Positions 52,906-61,649 of a DNA stretch of 64,000 bases are shown here, one piece after another. Both the position numbers and the translations under genes were made by a program. The stretch comes from a virus. Taxonomy: Duplodnaviria; Caudoviricetes. The stretch lies in the IMG/VR virus record IMGVR_UViG_3300031998_000010; one strand, 5' to 3'. The notes beneath the pieces were generated by a model. That model ran no database searches and had not been told where the DNA came from. It worked only from the letters and a program-made list of their open reading frames with translations. Within the stretch, counting starts at the first letter, position 1. Every line of letters starts with the position of its first letter.

Positions 52906-53925
52906 TCAGTGTATAGGTTTAACTAAAGTTCTTACATGCAAGCGTTGAATTGCGTATCCTCCGGCCAGAATTGATTCTACTGAGGCCTTGCCATCCTCAC
53001 CTTCTACTACACCATTAAGAACAGCCCATCCGCCATTACCTTGAGTAAGATGCAATCCGGCATATGAAGTAATAGGACCAGTTATCTTAGTTACTCTATC
53101 TGTGAGGTCAAGAATTACTCTTTGACCTTCTTTAATATTTCTATCATGAATCTGTTCGTCTGACCTATTCCATAAGTCCTGAGCATAATCTAATGATACA
53201 CCAAATTCTCTTTTAAAGGGAACTAAGAGATAATCTTCTTTGAAATTATCTTCCATTGCCCATTCAATCTTGTATTTATCGTAGCTATCTGCTCTTGCAT
53301 ATCTGTCAGCAAATCTAGGATAAAGCTCTAATAACTTTTCTGTCTTCTCTTTACCTCTGAATGAGGTAGGCATCACCTCACGCATCTTTGCTTTAAGCTC
53401 CTGATAGAACTGAGGTGACCTTTCTTTAATATCTAAGTCGAATCTGTCCCACTCGTCAATGAGCTGATTCATGAAATCTTTCATAACTTCAGGAATTTCA
53501 TCAACCTTCTTGTCTTTTTCTTTGATAGCATTTAACTGTGCAACATACTTATTCTTGATTGCTTCTGCTTCAACAATTGCTTGAGCAGAATTTCCAATAG
53601 ATTCTGCGTCATCTTCTGCACTGCTTAATGCATCACGAACAGGATTTCCCCAATCCCAATCATATTTTCTGAATATGTGTGATATACTATAACCATCAGG
53701 TCTTCTGTATGTGTTGCTATCAGGTCTACAGAGATACTCAAAAACCTTATTGATTTGAGTTAGTTCTTCTTCAGTAACTGCGGGTTCAAAAACAGCCCGT
53801 TTCTTATCAATAGCAGCCTGTTTTTTAGCAATCCAAGCTTCTTTCTTATCAATCTCAGCTTGTTTCTTTGCGATTTTTGCTTCGATATCTGCTACATTTG
53901 TTGCTGACTTGATATAAACTTTCAT
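52906..53925 (-). CDS. Leader-bearing coiled-coil protein
   Basis: MKVYIKSA leader; C-terminal AGGYAIQRLH motif. Confidence 0.65.
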   Translation of the reverse strand: MKVYIKSATNVADIEAKIAKKQAEIDKKEAWIAKKQAAIDKKRAVFEPAVTEEELTQINKVFEYLCRPDSNTYRRPDGYSISHIFRKYDWDWGNPVRDALSSAEDDAESIGNSAQAIVEAEAIKNKYVAQLNAIKEKDKKVDEIPEVMKDFMNQLIDEWDRFDLDIKERSPQFYQELKAKMREVMPTSFRGKEKTEKLLELYPRFADRYARADSYDKYKIEWAMEDNFKEDYLLVPFKREFGVSLDYAQDLWNRSDEQIHDRNIKEGQRVILDLTDRVTKITGPITSYAGLHLTQGNGGWAVLNGVVEGEDGKASVESILAGGYAIQRLHVRTLVKPIH

Positions 53926-53937
53926 ATATTGACCTCC

Positions 53938-54435
53938 TTAGAATTCATCAGAAAATCCATGCCCTATATCCCAATGGACATCTTTTTCAAACTTTGTATC
54001 TCTGGGAAGATTAAATTCATTAAGTATATATTGTTTGACTTGAGGATAATCATCTATCCAATCTCCTGTGAATACAATGAATCCTTTATCTTTGAATTCA
54101 AATACTCGACCCCTAGGAATTAGTGTGTGGTCTCCCTGAAATCTCTTATCTTTACCTCTGAAGAATTCTTTTTGCCAGATATTTTTATGAAGATGCTTAT
54201 CTGTTCTTATATCGGTATTCCATTGATTTGAATGATACCAATTCAAATCTGTTGCTAATGTACTTTTGATTCCAAATAGTTCATCTTCTTCTGGGTCATA
54301 CCAAAACATTGCAACCTCAGGGTCATCTTGATATTTGTCATTTTCAAGCATCAAATCCATAGCAGAAGAAGATTCGGAATTTCTATTCCTACGTTCTTCA
54401 TTTGCTTGGTCAGCTGATTTGATGTAAACTTTCAT
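53938..54435 (-). CDS. Leader-bearing RGRV-motif protein
   Basis: MKVYIKSA leader; PRGRV motif. Confidence 0.6.
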   Translation of the reverse strand: MKVYIKSADQANEERRNRNSESSSAMDLMLENDKYQDDPEVAMFWYDPEEDELFGIKSTLATDLNWYHSNQWNTDIRTDKHLHKNIWQKEFFRGKDKRFQGDHTLIPRGRVFEFKDKGFIVFTGDWIDDYPQVKQYILNEFNLPRDTKFEKDVHWDIGHGFSDEF

Positions 54436-54519
54436 TAGTTGAATCTCCTAAAAATGTAGCCCTTTGTTTAGAAGGGCTAATTTATTTGTCTCATATATTA
54501 TAACGATTCTGATTTAAGA

Positions 54520-54789
54520 TTATGATTCCCAGCTAATATGAGCAATATCTTCAGGATTTACTTTTGCAATATCGTATGTAATTGTATAACCTTCAGTCTC
54601 TAACTTCGTTAGAACTGTTTCAAGAATCTTGCCATTGTATGTTACATCATATTGACCGCAGTTTGCTGCAGTATTGATAAGATAAGCGATAGCTTGCTCT
54701 TGCTGGTCTGCTTCTGCACTCTCTGCTACTGTTTTTACATCAGAAGCATTCTTTAATGTTTGAAGTTCATCCATTGGAATAAGTGCCAT
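54520..54789 (-). CDS. Hypothetical protein
   Basis: GAGGAA RBS, 89 aa. Confidence 0.6.
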   Translation of the reverse strand: MALIPMDELQTLKNASDVKTVAESAEADQQEQAIAYLINTAANCGQYDVTYNGKILETVLTKLETEGYTITYDIAKVNPEDIAHISWES

Positions 54790-54805
54790 TTATTGTTCCT
54801 CCTAT

Positions 54806-55135
54806 TTATGTCCAAGCTGTAGCTTCATCAGCATTTATATCATCTATAGCAGATAAAATATCATCAAATAACTGGTCTGCTTCTTCAACAGTGCAATCGT
54901 CCCATTCTTCAGCTGCTATACTTTTATAATCTCTAAGAATTTCAGATTGAACAGGACCAATTGCGTAGTCGTAATCTTCATCAAGATAACGAGGGTCTGA
55001 ATATGTGGATAAAAGCTTATTTCTGCACTCCTCAACAAGATGAATCTTATCTGTTGCTACTTGATTTAAGAATTCTTGAGCCCCTCTAATCTTTTCGTAA
55101 TCAGGCCACTTATTTGATTTAATATATATCTTCAT
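54806..55135 (-). CDS. Leader-bearing acidic protein
   Basis: MKIYIKS leader. Confidence 0.6.
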   Translation of the reverse strand: MKIYIKSNKWPDYEKIRGAQEFLNQVATDKIHLVEECRNKLLSTYSDPRYLDEDYDYAIGPVQSEILRDYKSIAAEEWDDCTVEEADQLFDDILSAIDDINADEATAWT

Positions 55136-55145
55136 ACTATTTACC

Positions 55146-56159
55146 TCACCAACTCATAAAAAGTGCTGCTCCGCCATCACGAGCTAAATCATCAAACCAA
55201 TTATCTGGAGAAAATTCTGTGATTACACCATCTGTGAGATTATGAACTCTAATAAAATAACCTCTATTAGCATAATCATTAATAAGTTCATTAAGTGCAG
55301 ATACATCAGAAGTTTCTGCGGATTCTGCTAAACCTCTATATTGATTATCATAATATCCTTCAACAAGGAACTCATCACCTAATTCATCTTTTGAACAATT
55401 TACCATTGTAGCAAGATACTTTGTATCTGATGAAGCTTTGATATCTCCACAAGCTTCTACTTCATCACAAGGAGTAAATATTCCATTTTCAATGGAAGTA
55501 TTAAACCAATCTTCGAAAGAAGTGAAATCAGCTAAAGAAGAATCCCAATCTTTAAAGCTGTACCAATATTCTTTCAAATCATCATATGTGTAACTATCTC
55601 CTGTTTGAGTATCAAGATAACAATCTGAATTTGCATGTATTTTTGTTGAAGTCGTGATATCTCCACAAGCTTCTACGTCATCACGAGGGTCTTTACCTGT
55701 CTTAATGTAGTAATCAAGAATTGCTTTTGTTCCCATATTTGATGGCTTAGTCCCGCCATTGTACTTGGTCTCCCATTCTTCAATATTCTTGTATGTAAGC
55801 TTGCCTTCATTGTAAGCATCAATTACTTTACAAGAAAAATTAGAACCCCACCACTTAGGTTCTCTTGCTGACTTGACATAAGAGCTTGCTTCAACTTCAT
55901 CGCAAGGAACAACGTCTCCGTCCTTCTGGCAATAACCAATTCTGTCAAGATACCTATTTATTTCTGTCTCGGAAGGGATATCATAAGCTTTGAGTTCAGT
56001 AGTTCTTAAGAATCTATCAAGCCAGACTGCTGTATAGCCGTTGGGAAGGTCCTTTTCTTTGACAATTGCTACATCTTTAGGAATTGTACCGGGACCTAAT
56101 CCATGCTTAAAGATATACAAGTAACCATTATGTGAATCAGATTTGATATATATTTTCAT
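55146..56159 (-). CDS. Leader-bearing multi-domain protein (candidate polyprotein)
   Basis: MKIYIKS leader; three internal (C)D(E/D)VEA(S/C) linkers. Confidence 0.65.
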   Translation of the reverse strand: MKIYIKSDSHNGYLYIFKHGLGPGTIPKDVAIVKEKDLPNGYTAVWLDRFLRTTELKAYDIPSETEINRYLDRIGYCQKDGDVVPCDEVEASSYVKSAREPKWWGSNFSCKVIDAYNEGKLTYKNIEEWETKYNGGTKPSNMGTKAILDYYIKTGKDPRDDVEACGDITTSTKIHANSDCYLDTQTGDSYTYDDLKEYWYSFKDWDSSLADFTSFEDWFNTSIENGIFTPCDEVEACGDIKASSDTKYLATMVNCSKDELGDEFLVEGYYDNQYRGLAESAETSDVSALNELINDYANRGYFIRVHNLTDGVITEFSPDNWFDDLARDGGAALFMSW

Positions 56160-56195
56160 ACATGATTCTCCTAGGAATTATATTTATATGTATGA

Positions 56196-56204
56196 TATAA
56201 GGTT
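56196..56204 (-). promoter_or_regulatory. Putative phage late promoter class 2, (A)ACCTTA-AT-rich (representative copy)
   Basis: Copies at about 9135, 24418, 45778, 50222, 52895, 56196, 58890, 60112 and 61592, mostly upstream of virion or lysis genes. Confidence 0.55.
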
Positions 56205-56965
56205 TACCAAGACTGATAATGGAAGATATTTTTCTTAGGAATTAGACCTTCTTCAATAAGTTCCTCAATTGTTTCATCCCCATCAGGTTCTATATAACCT
56301 GTGATAAGTCCTTTGATGTTTATATACTGAACATTTTCATCTATTACCCAGATTCTTTCTTCTGTTTCATTTATACATGTATGCTTTGACAAATAAGTAA
56401 TTGCTTCAGGAGAAAGTGTTGCTTCATTGAGTCGGAGGCCGCCATGTTGTACTCTGTAGAGATATCGAGTTATTGCAGCTCTACCATTTCGCTTACTTAG
56501 GTTATGCCCAACCTCTAACCTATTGAGGTCATTTGCACCATCGGCATTATTAAGAATTGCCTGTTCAATTTCTTCATAGATATTTCTAGGTACTTTTATT
56601 GCAGGTCTTGATGCTATCTTAAGTATGAGGTCGCCATTATCATACTCTGCTAGATAGTTTACACGAAATGCACTACTCTTACCTTTGAATCCAATTCCGG
56701 CAGATGAATAAGGAACGATTTTGTATCTATCTGAAAGTGCTGTACCATCTAGTTGTATTCCATACACCCACTTAGCCGGATTTCTCCCTGCATGGTCTAA
56801 ACTTCTAAGTAAAGATACAAAGTTATGTTTACCTCCGCCATAGTAACCTTTCTCGGGAGTATCTGTTACCTTGATACGACCTTCTTTGACAATAGTTACT
56901 ACAACATAAGGGTCTTTAACAAGATAGTAAACTTTTCCTAAATTTTTACTTGCGTATATTTTCAT
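56204..56965 (-). CDS. Leader-bearing protein with ADP-ribosyltransferase-like motifs
   Basis: MKIYAS leader; FVSLLRS, LDG..LS.RYKI.P and ETEERI motifs. Confidence 0.4.
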   Translation of the reverse strand: MKIYASKNLGKVYYLVKDPYVVVTIVKEGRIKVTDTPEKGYYGGGKHNFVSLLRSLDHAGRNPAKWVYGIQLDGTALSDRYKIVPYSSAGIGFKGKSSAFRVNYLAEYDNGDLILKIASRPAIKVPRNIYEEIEQAILNNADGANDLNRLEVGHNLSKRNGRAAITRYLYRVQHGGLRLNEATLSPEAITYLSKHTCINETEERIWVIDENVQYINIKGLITGYIEPDGDETIEELIEEGLIPKKNIFHYQSW

Positions 56966-57378
56966 GAAATTTCCTCTCTAACTTGCATGAGTAGTTTACC
57001 TAACATGTTTTTGCCTTCACCCTTACAGACGCCCCAGAAAGTATCGCCCCAAGTATTACCTTCAATAAGTTCCTCATTTCCAGTTGCTTTAAGCTTCTGT
57101 GCAAGTTCAGGATTCTCAAACTTAGATTTAAGAATTTGATGCATTATATCTACTTTTACATCTTCCCAATCATATCTAAGGTTTATCTTTCTTCCGAATT
57201 TCTTTGCATCTTTTGCACTTGGACATACAGACATTGTGATTCTTGTATCTTTATCAAGCGACTTCATGGCCTGAAATGCGTGTTCAGCCGAAGGATAAGA
57301 TTCTCCATTGATATAAACCATACAAGAATGCATATTTGAGAGGAATTCATATTCTCCCCTGAATTTAGTGATTGCCAT
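56962..57378 (-). CDS. NADAR (YbiA-like) family protein
   Basis: FLSN, YPSAEHAFQAMK, AKKFGR, LIEGNTWGDTFWG and GKNMLGKLLM motifs. Confidence 0.9.
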   Translation of the reverse strand: MAITKFRGEYEFLSNMHSCMVYINGESYPSAEHAFQAMKSLDKDTRITMSVCPSAKDAKKFGRKINLRYDWEDVKVDIMHQILKSKFENPELAQKLKATGNEELIEGNTWGDTFWGVCKGEGKNMLGKLLMQVREEIS

Positions 57379-57410
57379 GGTTAGTATCCTCCTTAAATTT
57401 CGTTACATAG

Positions 57411-57420
57411 TATAACGATT
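57411..57420 (-). promoter_or_regulatory. Putative phage promoter class 1, AATCGTTATA (representative copy)
   Basis: Perfect copies at 25506, 40616, 40729, 54499, 57411, 58658, 58828 and 60608, all at gene boundaries and in the same orientation. Confidence 0.7.
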
Positions 57421-57597
57421 CTCATTTAAAATCATTATCATAATCTGTTTCGATATCATGATAAATGTCATCAACACAATCTAAAGCATCTAATATCTGA
57501 TTATTTTTGATATACTTTCTTAAAACAATAAGGCGAGCAAGAATATAATCCTGCTTGCCTCTGTTGTAATTCATTAAATCTTTGTTATCAATCATCT

Positions 57598-58605
57598 TTA
57601 ACCAATGTAATTTTCCAGAGCTTTGTATGTCTTATGAGGGACAATACCATATATTTTCTCAAGTGCAGATTCATCTTTGATATTGATAAGTCTCTGCAAC
57701 TCCATAAATTCTTCAAAACTAGCTTCGTTGTAGAAAAATTTGAGTACTTCAAAAATCAAATCGTCAGTATTAATGACAAGAGGAGAAGTTGACTCTGATG
57801 AAGTAGTAATCTGCGGTTCTGTAAGATAATGTTCATGCAGAAGATTGAATGCATTACTTCCTGTAGTTATATCAACGCCTCCATACAAACCGCAAAGCAT
57901 TCTAATCTGGTTAAAATTAGGAACAACTTCTCCTGTGAAATATTTAGCAACTTTGCTTTCTTCAACATTAAGATAAATTGCTACATCTTTACAAGAAAAT
58001 TTGGCATTTGCAAACAACGAAGGCCAGAAGGTGTAATCAATATTCGAAGGCTGATTTGTGTTGCCAGACTTGACCTCTTTTGTCTCCGCTTCTTCAGGAA
58101 TTTTTATTTCATATGAATCACTTGTGAGTGCAAGATACTGCTCGTGAGCTTTCTGAAATTCTTCTTTTCCTTGCTCAAGTGAAATATCAAAGAGTTTGCA
58201 GTATTTTTCAAGAGCCGGCCTCCTTGGAATATTTCTACCACTAAAATTAGTTGAAATGACTGCAACTCTGATTCCTGTCATTTCTGAAATATCTTCAAGA
58301 GAAAGATTATTTTTCTCTCTAAGTTCATTCCAGAAGGTCTTATAGACATGTTGAGTCTTCCTAGTTGAATCCCACTTTCTTTCTTCGTGGTAGAACTCAT
58401 TATATCCTTTGTCATATGGAATATCAAAAAGTTCACACAACTGCTGGATATGACGCGCATTTCTTGGAGACTTAGCTCCAGAAAACCAATAACCAAGAGT
58501 GGTCTGAGGAATTCCGGTCTTCCTTGCAATATACTTAAAAGACCATCCTCGCTTTACTCTTTCGTTGTTCCAAAAAGTTTCCTTTGATGCATGTGCCTTA
58601 ACCAT
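57598..58605 (-). CDS. Transcription regulator with three tandem XRE-type HTH domains
   Basis: Three FW....(I/V)A..(TG/LN)....FSG..P.....C.LF repeats. Confidence 0.75.
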   Translation of the reverse strand: MVKAHASKETFWNNERVKRGWSFKYIARKTGIPQTTLGYWFSGAKSPRNARHIQQLCELFDIPYDKGYNEFYHEERKWDSTRKTQHVYKTFWNELREKNNLSLEDISEMTGIRVAVISTNFSGRNIPRRPALEKYCKLFDISLEQGKEEFQKAHEQYLALTSDSYEIKIPEEAETKEVKSGNTNQPSNIDYTFWPSLFANAKFSCKDVAIYLNVEESKVAKYFTGEVVPNFNQIRMLCGLYGGVDITTGSNAFNLLHEHYLTEPQITTSSESTSPLVINTDDLIFEVLKFFYNEASFEEFMELQRLINIKDESALEKIYGIVPHKTYKALENYIG

Positions 58606-58839
58606 AAACTATACTCCTTGTATTATTGATACAATGCCTAAGGGTTTCCTTACATACTATAACGATTCTGATTTTTCTAGCCTCCTCAAATCCTTCTTTG
58701 CATTATCTAACTGTTCTTCTAACACTTTTATTTGCAACTTAAGTTGTTGAATTCTTAATTCTTTTGACGAATTTGATAATTGAGTGGGTCTACCTTGCTG
58801 CATATAATCCTCCTTATATCATAGTATTATAACGATTTA

Positions 58840-58878
58840 AAACAAGAGACCTCGAAAATATATCTCGAGGCCTCTTGC
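58840..58878 (-). terminator. Intrinsic terminator after the endolysin gene
   Basis: CAAGAGGCCTCGAG...TTCGAGGTCTCTTG hairpin followed by TTTT. Confidence 0.8.
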
Positions 58879-58908
58879 TACTAAATATAATAAGGTGGAT
58901 AGAGTGAA

Positions 58909-59706
58909 TTATCTTAGAAGTAAATTCCACATTTCAGCATCTACAATTCCATTCTCATCTAAACCATAATTTTCTTTGTAGCGATTAACTGCTACTTCGG
59001 TGTCATAATCGAAGTCACCATCAAGCGGAAGGTTATCTGCCCACCCGAACTCATTTAAAAGAGCTTTTAAGGTATTAACCTGACCGCCTGTTGAACCTCT
59101 GCTCAAAACATCTAACTTGATGAGGACTTCTTTCTTCTCAGGGTCAGGTTTTGGAGGCTCAGGAGTAGGTTCAGGCTCAGGAGTATCCGGTTCGTAGCCA
59201 TCATATGAAGGCCTACCGAAACCGGCTATACGACTATCACCGTAGTCATACCATTTTCTTTGAACTTGGTCTCCTGCATTTCCTTCAATTGTTGTAATAC
59301 AACCGTCGGTGTCTTCTACAATACCAACATGACCGATATTTCCATCAGACATCTTGAAGAAAATCATATCACCTTTTTCAGGGTCATCATAAAATGCTCC
59401 GGCATTCTTGAAATATCCTGCAAAGAGAGCGGCAGAAGCAGAATAATTATTGTAACCGGGCTGATACATGAAATTCTGAGCATCCCACTTTTTCTCTTCA
59501 TCATCTCTATCTTCAGGAATTGCTGCCTTCAATACGCAATAATTGCAGAAGGTTGCACACCATGCTACATTTTGTTTAGTTTGTGGTGCATAATATCCGC
59601 AATCATCAAGAACCTTTGCAAAAATAGTCCAGTTATTCGGACCTTCATGATATCCAATATTATCTTTTGCGATGTCAATTACATCTTTTGCATAAATACT
59701 ACCCAT
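58909..59706 (-). CDS. Endolysin (CHAP + peptidoglycan-binding domain)
   Basis: WCATF, GHVGIV and IEGN motifs; Pro-Glu linker; LSRGSTG...DGDF...T..AV PG-binding domain. Confidence 0.9.
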   Translation of the reverse strand: MGSIYAKDVIDIAKDNIGYHEGPNNWTIFAKVLDDCGYYAPQTKQNVAWCATFCNYCVLKAAIPEDRDDEEKKWDAQNFMYQPGYNNYSASAALFAGYFKNAGAFYDDPEKGDMIFFKMSDGNIGHVGIVEDTDGCITTIEGNAGDQVQRKWYDYGDSRIAGFGRPSYDGYEPDTPEPEPTPEPPKPDPEKKEVLIKLDVLSRGSTGGQVNTLKALLNEFGWADNLPLDGDFDYDTEVAVNRYKENYGLDENGIVDAEMWNLLLR

Positions 59707-59707
59707 A

Positions 59708-59995
59708 TCACTTATCTCCTGTAGAAGATGTCAAAGACTTAATTTGCTTGAAAATCTGATTAATACCTGTTGCGGCAAGACCTGATGTGATACCAATAGC
59801 AACAGCGTCTGCCCAATTATCTGCTGGAATGAAATTTGGGATTGTATAGAAAGTAACAAGCCCCAAAATCAGCCCAAGTGTTCCGCAGATTACAGGGATG
59901 AATGAATCAAGTTTCTCAATCTTAAAAGATTTGCAAATGAAACCTGCAAAATAGCAGATTACTACAATTGCAGGAACTGATACGAATTCTGTCAT
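59708..59995 (-). CDS. Holin
   Basis: Three hydrophobic segments; GITSGLAATGINQ motif; directly upstream of the endolysin. Confidence 0.85.
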   Translation of the reverse strand: MTEFVSVPAIVVICYFAGFICKSFKIEKLDSFIPVICGTLGLILGLVTFYTIPNFIPADNWADAVAIGITSGLAATGINQIFKQIKSLTSSTGDK

Positions 59996-60137
59996 AATGT
60001 TATTTTCCTCCTATATTTTCATAAATTGTAATAATTATTATGCCTACAAGAGTAATACAAAATATAATAATTGCAAGTTCTGTAAGCAAATCCCAATCTA
60101 TCATAATATAAATAAGGTTTGAAAGAAATTCATGCTA

Positions 60138-60176
60138 AAACAAAAAGCCTTGAGATATTACTCTCAAGACTCTTTG
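60138..60176 (-). terminator. Intrinsic terminator
   Basis: AAAGAGTCTTGAGA...TCTCAAGGCTTTTT hairpin. Confidence 0.7.
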
Positions 60177-60206
60177 CTAGACATGAACCAAAGAATGTGT
60201 TATTAT

Positions 60207-60425
60207 TTATATTCTACTTGCCCTTGTACATATCCATCTATCAGTGCCTAATTCTTTAACAGTAATTACACAAGATTTTCCATACTGCTGTTTATAATAT
60301 TCTAGCATATCGCTGCATTCAATTAAAGAAGACGCTCTACCTTTGTATAACGCAGTCTTAGTGGACTTATCTTGAAAAATCCAATAGAAGTAGTCAGAAT
60401 TAGACGAATTGATATAGAATTTCAT
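60207..60425 (-). CDS. Small leader-bearing protein
   Basis: MKFYINSS leader. Confidence 0.5.
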   Translation of the reverse strand: MKFYINSSNSDYFYWIFQDKSTKTALYKGRASSLIECSDMLEYYKQQYGKSCVITVKELGTDRWICTRASRI

Positions 60426-60623
60426 GATTAAGAATTAACTTCCTTTAACATATCAGAATACAATTCACCCAAGAAGCAGGCTCAAAAGGCCTACCGCACA
60501 TTTTACATAATTTCGTCATAATCACCTCCGCCAAGGTTAAAGATATAAATTGAGGTAATCAAATATAGCGGTATTTGAAACGTCCGTCGACGCTGTCCCT
60601 CAAGTTATATAACGATTAATAAA

Positions 60624-61548
60624 TCACTGAATATCTTCAGGCTTCAAATAAATTGCACGGGAAATTTCAAAGGAACATGTTACTGTTACGATGCCGCCTG
60701 TCTGGTCCATTCCACCGTTGTTTAAACTAGAAATCCAGGTTCCCGGGCACTTGATTATGTCACGAGCTTGCCCGCCAGTTCCGTCATATTTAATGAAGTA
60801 AACTTGACGCATATATTGGGAGGGAAGACCAAGGCACTCGGTGAGTGGGTCATAAACCTGCTTTCTCCATGCTCTCAATGCTTCAAGGACATTAGGTGTT
60901 GTATAACAATTCAATGTCCATGTTACGGTATTGTAAGATACTTTCTGAGGGAACTTGATGAAGCCATTACCATAATGTACTGTGATAGCTTCCTGTGTTT
61001 CCTGAATTTCTCCTACATCCTGAGTAGAAAGTGTCAATGTGTCAGAAAATTCTGCAGGGCTTGAACCATCCATATTGTAGATTCTGATTTCGAAGTTGTT
61101 CTTATATAAGGGAACATAAGAATCAACGCCTAACATATGGTTTGTACTTTGTCTTATCTACAGGTCGCAACTCTGTAATCTCTATCTTTCGATAGAAGTT
61201 GTGATTATATCTTCATCCAGAACTGGAGCCGCATTTTTCTTTCCGCATTTGCTTCGGATTCTACTCTCCCTCAAGGAGATAATCGATGGACCTTTCGCTT
61301 GCTATATTAAGTTTAGCGAAGTGGCTGCTGAAGACCAATTGTTTATAACCTTTAGGACATATCTCTATGCTTTTATTTCACCTTAGGTCATCCTGTAACT
61401 TTTTTCTGCTTTCGCTCTATCACGCTTATCTTTTCAAATTACGTTGTAGCATACAGGCTTTAAGGATTCAGAGCAGTTAACGCGGTAGCCGACACTAATT
61501 ACTTAATGTCGAGGGCACAAATCAACCCATTGCTAAAGGTGTAAACAT
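60624..61548 (-). CDS. Tail tube protein (T4 gp19-like), two exons: 61548-61525 and about 61145-60624
   Basis: NNFEIRI, ITVHYGN, W...VYDP and GTWISSL motifs. Exon 1 (MFTPLAMG) has an AAGGAG RBS; the track start at 61136 has none. Confidence 0.8.
61146..61524 (-). ncRNA. Group I intron (IA-like, no ORF) in the tail tube gene
   Basis: P1 GGGU/GCCC with U.G pair; P2 hairpin; P3 CCGCGUU/AAUGCGG; P (AACUGCUCUGAA), Q (UUCAGCAGC), R (AUCGAUUAU), S (AAGAUAUAAUC); P9 with GAAA tetraloop. Confidence 0.9.
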
Positions 61549-61649
61549 AAATTTTGCTCTCCTTTTCTTATTATAGTTTGATGTTCATATCAAAGGTTCT
61601 TTTAACCTTTATTCAAATCAAATTCACAAATTAAAATAATATTAGTACA

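Noticed and set aside
60545-60606. Hammerhead ribozyme or purine riboswitch
   Set aside because: A three-way junction is present, but the CUGAnGA core and purine-aptamer consensus are absent
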